Source: a virus
IMG/VR virus record: IMGVR_UViG_3300032315_000747
Coordinates: 1-64,000 of that record
Strand: one strand, 5' to 3'
DNA: 64,000 bases
The position numbers and the translations under genes are program-made. The notes beneath the pieces are model-generated. The model did no database searches. It was given only the letters and a program-made list of their open reading frames with translations, and was not told where the DNA came from. Of this stretch, positions 30,068-38,394 are shown piece by piece (the first letter of the stretch is position 1; every line of letters begins with the position of its first letter).

Positions 30068-30439
30068 ATGCAAATTCGTCCTACTTGTATTAATCACGGC
30101 TGCAATCGTCTAGTTGCTAATGACGGAAGTCGTTGGAGGCCTACCTGTTATCGATGCCATAAAGCAGGGTATGGGAAAGGTACTTTTGCTTTCGGCGTTA
30201 CCCCATTTCGAACCGGTTATTGCACTAACGCTGATAGTCATTTGGGTTTTCCGTGCGCTATTGATTACAAAAAGGCACCGTGGGTAATAGGCAAAACGCA
30301 TATTGATCATATTGACGGTAACCATTTAAATAATATTCTAGAAAACGTGGTTGAACTTTGTCCTCTCTGTCATCAATACAAAGGTATGCTTACCGGTGAC
30401 TTTAAGAATCAAGGCGTGTATCACTACAACAAAAAATAA
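30068..30439 (+). CDS. HNH endonuclease
   Basis: HIDHIDGNHLNN..EN...LCPLCH; N-terminal Cys pairs. Confidence 0.85.
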   Translation: MQIRPTCINHGCNRLVANDGSRWRPTCYRCHKAGYGKGTFAFGVTPFRTGYCTNADSHLGFPCAIDYKKAPWVIGKTHIDHIDGNHLNNILENVVELCPLCHQYKGMLTGDFKNQGVYHYNKK

Positions 30440-30442
30440 TGG

Positions 30443-30484
30443 TTGACATTCAGCCTAATCCTTGCTATAATATGCGTATAAATA
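30443..30484 (+). promoter_or_regulatory. Sigma70-like promoter plus TATAAATA late motif before rnh
   Basis: TTGACA-17 nt-TATAAT, then TATAAATA at 30477. Confidence 0.75.
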
Positions 30485-30497
30485 GAGAAAGCCTCAT

Positions 30498-31529
30498 ATG
30501 AAATATGCACTGATCGACACGGCTAATACCTTCTTTCGCGCTAGGCACGTTGCGTCTCGTAATACCGACACGTGGGAAAAAGTAGGAATGGCGATGCACC
30601 TTACATTATCTTCTGTCAATCAAATGGTACGTAAGTTTGGCATCGATCATGTCGTGTTCTGTCTCGAGGGTCGTTCTTGGCGTAAGGACTTCTACAAGCC
30701 ATACAAGGCGAATCGAGTAAAGACTGACGCAACTGAGGCTGAGATCGAAGAGAACAAGATGTTCTGGGATACGTATGAAGAGTTTACTACGTTCATTCGT
30801 GAGCGCACAAACGCTAGCGTACTACGTCATCCTGCTGCTGAAGCAGATGACCTCATCGCACGTTTCATTGCGTTGCATCCCGAAGACGAGCATTTCATTA
30901 TCTCGTCTGACACTGACTTTGTTCAACTGATCGCACCTAACGTAAAGCAGTACAACGGTGTTGCTGGTCAGTTGATCACACTTGAGGGTTACTTCGATGA
31001 TCGTGGTAAGCCTGTCAAAGATAAGAAGACTAAGGAACCTAAATTGCTTGAGGATCCTGAATATCTTCTATTCAAGAAGATCATTCGCGGTGACGCAACT
31101 GACAACGTGTTCTCTGCATACCCAGGTGTGCGCGAGAAGGGTTCTAAGAACACTATCGGTATTCAGGAAGCATATGCAGATCGCATTAAGCAAGGCTTCA
31201 ACTGGAATAATTTTCAATTGCAACGTTGGACTGATCACGATAACGTTGAGCATCGAGTTAGAGATGATTATGCACGCAATCGTACCTTGATCGATCTAAC
31301 TGCACAACCGCAAGAAATTAAAGATGCCGTCGACCAATCAATATGTACAGGAGTAAAGACTACCCTTACTTCTCAGGTCGGTATTCATCTACTTCGTTTT
31401 TGTGCAAAATACGAACTAACAAAAATAAGTGAACAGGCCGAGACTTATTCTAAGTGGCTCAACAATGCCTATTCCGGATCTCTTATTGAGAAACAATCTC
31501 CAACAAAGGAAACACAACATGACGACTGA
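30498..31529 (+). CDS. rnh: T4 RNase H-like 5'-3' exonuclease
   Basis: LID, WRK..Y..YK.NR, EADD, SSDTDF.QL, GDATDNV. Confidence 0.92.
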   Translation: MKYALIDTANTFFRARHVASRNTDTWEKVGMAMHLTLSSVNQMVRKFGIDHVVFCLEGRSWRKDFYKPYKANRVKTDATEAEIEENKMFWDTYEEFTTFIRERTNASVLRHPAAEADDLIARFIALHPEDEHFIISSDTDFVQLIAPNVKQYNGVAGQLITLEGYFDDRGKPVKDKKTKEPKLLEDPEYLLFKKIIRGDATDNVFSAYPGVREKGSKNTIGIQEAYADRIKQGFNWNNFQLQRWTDHDNVEHRVRDDYARNRTLIDLTAQPQEIKDAVDQSICTGVKTTLTSQVGIHLLRFCAKYELTKISEQAETYSKWLNNAYSGSLIEKQSPTKETQHDD

Positions 31530-31977
31530 TCTGGTCGCAAAAACAATCGTTAAGGACCAATTTTGGATTGTTACAGATGGTACGAAAAAGGTAGGAAACA
31601 TCGAAGCCAATAACTCTGGTTACGGTGTTCAACTCAACGGACATTCGTTTCAGTTTGATAATGCGGTCGAGTTAAAGAAAAAGACTAAGATCCGATTCGC
31701 CCCTATCAAGTCAGATAGTACAAAGATATCTCTGCCTTACCCTGAATATCCTACTCCAGCCAATGTATATAATTCAATATTTGACATCACGCGCGGCTTG
31801 CATCTGTTTACTACATCGATGAAGAGTAAGTGTTTACATGCTGCAGGATGGTTCCTATTAGAGCAGAACGGGGTCAAGACAGTCATGTTCTGCCCGAAGT
31901 ATATTTTCATTCAACGTTACCCATATGAGGGTCCGTTTAAAACGGAAACTGAAGCTATTAATAAGATAAATATCTGA
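31519..31977 (+). CDS. Hypothetical phage protein
   Basis: AAGGA RBS; FWIV...KVGNI; FCPK..IQRYPYEGPFK. Confidence 0.75.
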   Translation: MTTDLVAKTIVKDQFWIVTDGTKKVGNIEANNSGYGVQLNGHSFQFDNAVELKKKTKIRFAPIKSDSTKISLPYPEYPTPANVYNSIFDITRGLHLFTTSMKSKCLHAAGWFLLEQNGVKTVMFCPKYIFIQRYPYEGPFKTETEAINKINI

Positions 31978-31979
31978 CG

Positions 31980-32189
31980 ATGTTTCATATCCGACGATTC
32001 ATAGAAAAGATGGCAGTGGTCGAATCAAAGAACACTAAAGATGTGGTTATTCCTATCGCCGAAGCACGTGGATTGCGAGATGAGCTTACTAAGCTAGTAG
32101 CAGAACTATATGAGTACAGTAAGAAACATGATGAAGATCGAAAAAATGAAGTGTTTGAGATACAAATAAGAGGGGGTTCATTTAAATGA
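31980..32189 (+). CDS. Hypothetical phage protein
   Basis: 69 aa ORF in the same operon, ending GGSFK. Confidence 0.65.
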   Translation: MFHIRRFIEKMAVVESKNTKDVVIPIAEARGLRDELTKLVAELYEYSKKHDEDRKNEVFEIQIRGGSFK

Positions 32190-32198
32190 ATGATCTAA

Positions 32199-32504
32199 AT
32201 GTCTAGAAATCAACCCAACATTTTGCTCGAACACGTAGATAGACAGACCTATAAATGTGATCAGATCGTAGAGGCTGCTGGAATATGGGCTGTATTTCTT
32301 GATGGTCAACCTATTAACCTCAAGTCATCACATTATCTCACTAACGATTCTGCTCCCAAATATAAAAAGACTAGTTTCTCAAATCCCGGTCATGCTAGGA
32401 ATCTATGTCGCAAGTTGAATGCACAGTTTAAGACTGACAAGTTTACTGTTTGTTTTTTGAACCAAGGTAGAACGGTTTACCCAGAATCCATCACTGATGA
32501 GTAG
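32199..32504 (+). CDS. Hypothetical phage protein
   Basis: PKYKKTSFSNPGHARNL motif. Confidence 0.7.
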   Translation: MSRNQPNILLEHVDRQTYKCDQIVEAAGIWAVFLDGQPINLKSSHYLTNDSAPKYKKTSFSNPGHARNLCRKLNAQFKTDKFTVCFLNQGRTVYPESITDE

Positions 32505-32515
32505 GTAATACGATT

Positions 32516-32926
32516 GTGACCTATCCTAAGTCGAAGACAGATATAATAAAAACTATCTTAGCGTCGATAGGTGATGATCCCGATAATCCCTGGAAAAATA
32601 TACCAGTAGACAAACTTGTGTTCTCTTGGTTTATTAGCGGACGTACTGGTTCTGGATTACGACTAACAGTAGAAGGATCTAAAGCCTTCGCTTATGCACA
32701 GCTAGCACATTATGATTTTCCAGTCGACAACAGTGGGAAAGTTTGGACGGCGGCAGCATGGGAGAGGTATGCGGTCTTCATCAACAAGAAACTACACTGT
32801 CCATATTTTATTTCTTCTAGCATAGAACATCAACATCTACGGGTGCGGGTATATGATCATCGTATCGCGATGATGTTAGGTTTGTTTGGATCACTGACTG
32901 AATACATCGAATCTGTCATAACATAA
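32516..32926 (+). CDS. Hypothetical phage protein
   Basis: GLRLT..G and PYFI motifs; in operon. Confidence 0.65.
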   Translation: MTYPKSKTDIIKTILASIGDDPDNPWKNIPVDKLVFSWFISGRTGSGLRLTVEGSKAFAYAQLAHYDFPVDNSGKVWTAAAWERYAVFINKKLHCPYFISSSIEHQHLRVRVYDHRIAMMLGLFGSLTEYIESVIT

Positions 32927-33015
32927 TTAACCCGAACCAGTTTACTTATACTAAATAGTATCGTAGACTGACACTGTAGTCGATCTACAAACACACACAC
33001 ACAGAAAGGAATACT

Positions 33016-33294
33016 ATGTTTAAAACTTTAATCAACAACACCGTTGAATCGGTGCAGGCAATGCAAAAAATTGCCATTGACTCTTTTGTCAGACACGAAC
33101 CACTTGCTAATACATTCAACAAATTCGTAGATGCACAAACAGTGTATACTAAGAATTCCGTTACAGCTATGTCTGAAGCTAGTTCTTCACTTTTTCAGTT
33201 AATCACTGATAAGGATTTTTATACTGGTTTGGTTAATACTGCCCAAGAAAGCGCAAAAACTGTTTTCCCTAATAGGGAAAAGCAAAATGATTAA
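33016..33294 (+). CDS. Phasin-like amphipathic helical protein
   Basis: All-helical 92 aa with FVDAQT; strong RBS preceded by an (AC)n tract. Confidence 0.5.
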   Translation: MFKTLINNTVESVQAMQKIAIDSFVRHEPLANTFNKFVDAQTVYTKNSVTAMSEASSSLFQLITDKDFYTGLVNTAQESAKTVFPNREKQND

Positions 33295-33430
33295 ACAGTT
33301 TTTCAAACAGGCACTAGAGTTTTATCTCCGCGGATTGATAATCAATGGAGAGAATCAGGCTTTTATGCATCAAGCGATGTATTCACAGTCAAAGAAAATT
33401 TTTAACCAAAAGACAGAGAAAGATAATTAA
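33287..33430 (+). CDS. Small hypothetical protein (47 aa)
   Basis: Manual translation MIKQFFKQALEFY...; start overlaps the end of the upstream gene. Confidence 0.4.
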   Translation: MIKQFFKQALEFYLRGLIINGENQAFMHQAMYSQSKKIFNQKTEKDN

Positions 33431-33549
33431 AAATGACCACTTATGAAGCAACTCGGCTAGCAAGTCGTGCTGGTAGTACTGTTATGGGTGCTATATGCGT
33501 ATTTATGTTATTTGTTTTTACAAGTCTCGTATATTAAGGAGAAAATCAG

Positions 33550-33798
33550 ATGGACCTACCAGAAATAAAGTTTAACAAGACTGGATACGAGATTCGCACT
33601 AACATTCTTGAAATGGCGAAAAATCTTGTCTCTGAAGAATACCATGCCAAATATATGGGATGGGAAATATCTCAGGAACGCGACCCGGTGACTAACCAAA
33701 TTGTTACTAAGGTCGCAGCTCCGGAATTTCCTGGACTTGACAAAGTCCTCGAGACCGCTGAAAAAATGTATGAATTCGTTAACTACAAGAAATCTTAA
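33550..33798 (+). CDS. Hypothetical phage protein
   Basis: AAGGAG RBS; GYEIRT.ILEMAK...P....VLE.AE..YEFV. Confidence 0.75.
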   Translation: MDLPEIKFNKTGYEIRTNILEMAKNLVSEEYHAKYMGWEISQERDPVTNQIVTKVAAPEFPGLDKVLETAEKMYEFVNYKKS

Positions 33799-33810
33799 CA
33801 GAGAATCATA

Positions 33811-34026
33811 ATGCCTTCAGAAGTTCCTAGGTATCAACCAAGAGAGACTCATCAACGTCTGCTCGATCAACAAGGAAATACTCATCTTTCACTGTTGTCG
33901 AACGAAATTGCTTGGATGCCGAACAATAATTCTAGACGCATCCGTGATACCAAAATGTTTATCTCGGGTACAATTGTAGGTATTGTCGCAATTGTCGGCA
34001 GTCTTATGTTAATGATAGCTCGATGA
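33811..34026 (+). CDS. Small protein with C-terminal membrane anchor
   Basis: Hydrophobic C-terminus. Confidence 0.55.
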   Translation: MPSEVPRYQPRETHQRLLDQQGNTHLSLLSNEIAWMPNNNSRRIRDTKMFISGTIVGIVAIVGSLMLMIAR

Positions 34027-34271
34027 GTGATGTTCTAGGTACTATTGCTTCTCTACTCAGTAGGGCAGAACACGCTGAACTCATGGTGATGACTGCTCAA
34101 TATCGGATCAACGAATTAGAATCTATGTTGAACGCCAATATTGAGCAGTCTAATACTAACGAGCGAGCTAAAATCGTAGATTATTTGAAATACCATGACC
34201 CAGCAGGTTGCTGGTGGAAAGAAATCGAAGCAGGGGAACATCTGAAATTAGCCTCGAATCAGATACTTTGA
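34023..34271 (+). CDS. Hypothetical protein
   Basis: ATGA overlap with the upstream gene. Confidence 0.55.
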   Translation: MSDVLGTIASLLSRAEHAELMVMTAQYRINELESMLNANIEQSNTNERAKIVDYLKYHDPAGCWWKEIEAGEHLKLASNQIL

Positions 34272-34299
34272 TTTTTTTAGCTATTTCGGACTAAAAAGG

Positions 34300-34330
34300 T
34301 TGACATTCTAAATCTCTTTTGCTATATTAA
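34300..34330 (+). promoter_or_regulatory. Sigma70-like early promoter
   Basis: TTGACA-17 nt-TATATT with TGC before the -10. Confidence 0.7.
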
Positions 34331-34358
34331 GTTATAAGCTGAGAAAAAGGAACTGAAC

Positions 34359-34646
34359 ATGTCAAATGAATTGAAGCAGTATCTTGATCGTGCTAACACT
34401 CTGGCCAAGCTTTTTGGTGACAAAGAGTATGACCTCAACAACGTGTTTGATCGTCGTCGCCTTGCTGAGAAGCTGGATTGCGATCTTAGCCCTGAAAACC
34501 TGTCCTGCGACGGTGAAGTGCGTGGGAAAGCACTTAAGCATAAGTACACCTTTTTGACTCGTGTGCTCAAGCAGCTTGTGGCCATTGAGGAGCATGAACG
34601 TAAGCATTATATGCTTGCTGGCGGCCCCTTCCCTATCTCCTACTAA
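34359..34646 (+). CDS. Hypothetical early protein
   Basis: LSPENLSCDGE motif; AAGGA RBS. Confidence 0.75.
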   Translation: MSNELKQYLDRANTLAKLFGDKEYDLNNVFDRRRLAEKLDCDLSPENLSCDGEVRGKALKHKYTFLTRVLKQLVAIEEHERKHYMLAGGPFPISY

Positions 34647-34662
34647 TTTATAATCCTGATCA

Positions 34663-34932
34663 ATGGAAAATACCATGTCTAAGACTCAAAAGAATTATTA
34701 TCTGATCATCCCTAATGATTGTGAGTTTATGCCCGAAAATTGGAATTGGGCAGGCGAGTATCACAAGGATGAAAAGCCTGAAGGGGGCGAAATGGTGTAT
34801 GACGTTTATACCACCCGTAAGGAAGCTCTTGCAGTAGCAGAAGAATGGGCTAGCATGTACCGCGGGGAGTCTGCTTTCCGCATTAGTTTGAAAGATGATA
34901 CTTATAAGGAAAAGTCGGTAGCCGCCGCCTAA
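34663..34932 (+). CDS. Hypothetical early protein
   Basis: ORF in an early cassette. Confidence 0.6.
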   Translation: MENTMSKTQKNYYLIIPNDCEFMPENWNWAGEYHKDEKPEGGEMVYDVYTTRKEALAVAEEWASMYRGESAFRISLKDDTYKEKSVAAA

Positions 34933-35003
34933 TTAAAAAGGCTTGACTTTCTCACAAAGAAGCTATACATTAAGATCATAGATTGAAGCAGCGGAAGCGT
35001 CAC

Positions 35004-35663
35004 ATGGCTCGTTATCAGGCTCCCAAGATTTCTTATTCGACTGGCGAAGTGTTTGCCGCTGCTTGTGCTGCACAGCGCATCAACGGTGAATATCTCAAGA
35101 ACGACAAGGTTCTTTATGATACTGATGGGTATGTCGAGAAGGTCGAGAAGATCGCCAACAAAAAGCTGACTTCTCAGTTTCTTCGCGGTGTTTTTGAAAT
35201 CAGCGACGATGATCGTGAACAAGGGCAAGAGGTACGTCAGTACTGCAACTCCCTGACGTTCAAGATCCTGCAGGGAAAGACTCTGAGTGAGTTTGAGCAA
35301 GTTATGCTCAATGTTGCTGACAAAGAGATGGTTGACAGTTTCTATGAGATTGCTGTTATCTCGTCTCTCCCTGCGTCCCATGAGCGTTACAAAGCTCGTG
35401 CAGAAACTGATCGCCGTGTCCGTGACACGAATGGTTTTGTTGGTGACATGGGTGATAAGGTTGATCTCAAAGTTAACGTAATGAAGTGTTTTTATTCTCG
35501 TAACTGGAACGTGCATTTCATTACTGCGATCACTGAAAATAATGAGTCCGTGTTTTTCAGCAGCCGTGTTCAGTTTGATATCGGCAAGTCGCTGAATGTT
35601 AGGGGTACTGTTAAGTCTCATCGCGATGGGTCTTCTCAGCTTTCCCGTGTTAAGGTTCTCTGA
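35004..35663 (+). CDS. Hypothetical protein with C-terminal OB-fold-like domain
   Basis: FVGDMGDKV...VRGTVKSH...QLSRVKV; promoter TTGACT at 34943. Confidence 0.65.
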   Translation: MARYQAPKISYSTGEVFAAACAAQRINGEYLKNDKVLYDTDGYVEKVEKIANKKLTSQFLRGVFEISDDDREQGQEVRQYCNSLTFKILQGKTLSEFEQVMLNVADKEMVDSFYEIAVISSLPASHERYKARAETDRRVRDTNGFVGDMGDKVDLKVNVMKCFYSRNWNVHFITAITENNESVFFSSRVQFDIGKSLNVRGTVKSHRDGSSQLSRVKVL

Positions 35664-35672
35664 ACCTTAAAG

Positions 35673-35765
35673 TGGGTGTTCGTCAAACACGAATGGTCTT
35701 TCGTAAAGTGGGTCTCCCTTCAATGGGTTGTAAATTCCCTAAGTGGACTGTTTGACGAACACCCA
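35673..35765. ncRNA. Candidate structured RNA enclosed by a perfect 17-bp inverted repeat
   Basis: TGGGTGTTCGTCAAACA (35673-35689) pairs with TGTTTGACGAACACCCA (35749-35765); internal small hairpins. Confidence 0.4.
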
Positions 35766-35846
35766 AATTTTAAAGGAAGGTGTTGTAGCCTATTCGCCGC
35801 CAGCTACTTCATGAGCTGGAAAATCAGTAAAGAAGGATAAAGAATA

Positions 35847-35990
35847 ATGGAATTCCTCATAGCGTTTATCGTTGGTAGTATCGCCGGCGCGATCGGCGCG
35901 CGTCTGCAACTCTGGCTCGCTGATCGCTATTCTAAGCAGCGTAAGCGAGATGTCATGAAAGATTACCACACAGGTTATCTCAATGACTAA
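35847..35990 (+). CDS. Small membrane protein (47 aa)
   Basis: AAGGA RBS; MEFLIAFIVGSIAGAIG hydrophobic N-terminus. Confidence 0.5.
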   Translation: MEFLIAFIVGSIAGAIGARLQLWLADRYSKQRKRDVMKDYHTGYLND

Positions 35991-36159
35991 TTCAGAGATC
36001 CTAGACGACCTCGATGGTGTGCTGTCTGATGTTAGCCATCTACTCGACCGCGTGCCGGAAGAGACCGAGAGCCTGATGCTCCTCGGCATTCGTCGTACTC
36101 TTGTACGAATTGCTACCGCCATCGAGTCGAGAAAAAGTGCAAGATTGTCGAACACCTAA
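35983..36159 (+). CDS. Small hypothetical protein (58 aa)
   Basis: Manual translation MTNSEILDDLDG...; start overlaps the end of the upstream gene. Confidence 0.5.
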   Translation: MTNSEILDDLDGVLSDVSHLLDRVPEETESLMLLGIRRTLVRIATAIESRKSARLSNT

Positions 36160-36188
36160 CTGTCATTGACGTTTATATTGAGACGGCC

Positions 36189-36395
36189 ATGAACAGTAAA
36201 GAAAACATAATTAGGAAATTAAAAGAGGAACCGTTGTTAGTGACAAGTTTTTGGTGTAGATTTGGCTTACACAACTGGACCAAATATAATGAACCCGTAG
36301 ACTACGAGGGGGCCTGGCGTCGCCGCCGTCGTAGTCAGGATCGGCGATGCGCCTCATGCAATAAGTTTAATCACTGGCTTATACCCGAACTTTGA
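36189..36395 (+). CDS. Small zinc-binding protein (C..G.H.W...C..C)
   Basis: WCRFGLHNW...RCASC. Confidence 0.6.
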   Translation: MNSKENIIRKLKEEPLLVTSFWCRFGLHNWTKYNEPVDYEGAWRRRRRSQDRRCASCNKFNHWLIPEL

Positions 36396-36449
36396 ACTTG
36401 ACATCAACCTAATTTGATAGTATAGTAGTCTGTAACTTAAGGAAAATTA

Positions 36450-37799
36450 ATGTCGGCATCTTGGATTAACTCACTCAATAGTAGTGATTCTCGCATTCAC
36501 AAAGAAAATATTATCAGTCAGGCGCTAACAGCAGCATTGCTTGGCAACACAACTGCTAAGTTTTTTCTTAATATGCTGAAGCTTTGTTATGATCCATATG
36601 TCGTGTTTGGGGTAAGACAGATACCAGAAACTTCTGGAATCACTGGTGCAGAAAACCCCTGGAACGAGTTTGGCGATCTTACTGTAAGGCTCAGCACTCG
36701 TGAAATCACCGGACATGATGCACGTGACGCTATCCAAACAATGGCAGACCGATTTGATAGTGACGAGTGGAATACTTTTCTTGCTCCCGTCTTGCGGCGA
36801 GACATACGCTGTGGCATATCGTCAACTACAATCAACAAAGTTTGCAAAAAGACAGAGTACGAAATTTCAGTTTTTGGGTGTCAACTGGCAACCAATTCTG
36901 AAGGCAGACCCGAGATGACCGGTATCAAACGTCTCGAACCTAAACTTGATGGCGTGCGTGTTCTACTAGTAGTGCAAGTTCTTGACAGCGGGGCACATGT
37001 CACATGCTATAGTCGTAATGGTAAGGTATTTGAGAACTTTAACCACATCGAAAAACAAGTACTTGATAACTTACCTGAAATGATTGCTGCTAGGCATGAG
37101 GTAGGAGGCCTTGGGGCAGACCTAACTCTTGGATTTGTGCTTGATGGTGAAGTTGTGGGTAATAGTTTTCAAGAACTGATGCGCCAGGCTCGTCGCAAAG
37201 AAAATGTTGCGAGCGAGGACAGTGTGTTTCATGTATTTGACATTATTCCTATTCTTGATTTTAGCAGGGGATACTGGAACGCATCCCTGACCAAACGTCT
37301 CGCATTGCTTGACGCAATGAAGTCTGCCATTGACAAGATGTCCAACCTAGAATTACTTCCACATCTACTTGTTGATCTTACTACACTCGAGGGCAGAAAC
37401 CAGCTTGATCGTTATGCAAAAGATATGGTTACTGCTGGATTTGAGGGCATCATGATCAAGGATCTTGCGACCCCGTATGAATGTAAGCGCAACACCGCCT
37501 GGATGAAGTACAAGCCCGTACATGACTACGACCTCGCTGTAATTGGGGTAGAGTCTGGAACCGGAAAGAACAAAGACAGAATGGGAGCTTTGGTGTGCGA
37601 AGGGATCGACGACGGAAAACACATCGTAGTCAATGTGGGTAGCGGGTTTACTGATGCCGAACGACAAGAATATTGGGATAACCGAAACGATCTGATCGGG
37701 CGATCGGTGGTAATTATGGCAGATGTGGTAACTCTTAATCAAAACGGCACTTATAGTCTACGTTTTCCTAGATTTAAATCATTTCGATATGACAAGTGA
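36450..37799 (+). CDS. lig: ATP-dependent DNA ligase
   Basis: EPKLDGVR, SRNGK, LDGE, FDI, EGIMIK, WMKYK, VGSGF, SLRFPRF. Confidence 0.95.
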   Translation: MSASWINSLNSSDSRIHKENIISQALTAALLGNTTAKFFLNMLKLCYDPYVVFGVRQIPETSGITGAENPWNEFGDLTVRLSTREITGHDARDAIQTMADRFDSDEWNTFLAPVLRRDIRCGISSTTINKVCKKTEYEISVFGCQLATNSEGRPEMTGIKRLEPKLDGVRVLLVVQVLDSGAHVTCYSRNGKVFENFNHIEKQVLDNLPEMIAARHEVGGLGADLTLGFVLDGEVVGNSFQELMRQARRKENVASEDSVFHVFDIIPILDFSRGYWNASLTKRLALLDAMKSAIDKMSNLELLPHLLVDLTTLEGRNQLDRYAKDMVTAGFEGIMIKDLATPYECKRNTAWMKYKPVHDYDLAVIGVESGTGKNKDRMGALVCEGIDDGKHIVVNVGSGFTDAERQEYWDNRNDLIGRSVVIMADVVTLNQNGTYSLRFPRFKSFRYDK

Positions 37800-37808
37800 G
37801 GAACTAAA

Positions 37809-37988
37809 ATGTCTGATTTAAATATTATTTTCGAAGAACTACCTCAACGCTGCGAAGGTTGTGGTATTATTGCAGAGACTCGACCGTTTGGCATCAATCA
37901 TGAAGAAATCTGCTTTGATTGTGCTATGAAGGATGAAGCGGTTACTCAGATCCGTATGAAAGAATTTCTGTTTGGCGATGAAGAATGA
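37809..37988 (+). CDS. Small zinc-finger protein (59 aa)
   Basis: CEGCG...RPFG...ICFDC; GAGG RBS. Confidence 0.6.
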   Translation: MSDLNIIFEELPQRCEGCGIIAETRPFGINHEEICFDCAMKDEAVTQIRMKEFLFGDEE

Positions 37989-38227
37989 ACGAGAACACTG
38001 ATGCTATAGAAGGTTGGGAAGAAGATCCAGTCGATTATGTAGAACTGCAAGCGATGGTCGGTAAGAAATATGTTTTTGAAGACGGAGATAGCATCGAGAT
38101 TGTACAGATCAAACGAAGAGACACCGGTCCTTGGGTAACATATCATGTTCAGCAAGGACCTGGTATTCCTAGAAAGTTGGTGATGATGCTCGACGAATTT
38201 CATATTACATATGGTCATCTGTTTTAA
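37985..38227 (+). CDS. Hypothetical protein
   Basis: ATGA overlap with the upstream gene. Confidence 0.65.
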   Translation: MNENTDAIEGWEEDPVDYVELQAMVGKKYVFEDGDSIEIVQIKRRDTGPWVTYHVQQGPGIPRKLVMMLDEFHITYGHLF

Positions 38228-38262
38228 ACCCAGCAGAAACAGAAAATTAGACTAAATAGTTA

Positions 38263-38394
38263 ATGACGATTGCATATGTATACGAATGGACTTACCTATC
38301 TACATGTAAATGGTATGTAGGGTACCGCACTAAAGCCGGCACACATCCGGATGATAGATATTATTCCGGCAAGGAAAACACAAATGATATTTAA
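38263..38394 (+). pseudogene. Truncated GIY-YIG (Seg-like) homing endonuclease remnant
   Basis: MTIAYVYEWTYLSTCKWYVGYRTKAGTHPDDRYYS, stop at 43 aa; CTAAATA late motif upstream. Confidence 0.6.

Noticed and set aside
34929-35621. Long antisense ORFs (also 35790-36155, 49477-49965, 53983-54540, 62333-62884)
   Set aside because: They overlap better-supported genes on the other strand and show no recognisable motifs
35690-35750. Possible tRNA (GGGTTGTAAATTCCC resembles a T-arm)
   Set aside because: No cloverleaf, GTTC T-loop or acceptor stem could be built; kept only as an unassigned structured element
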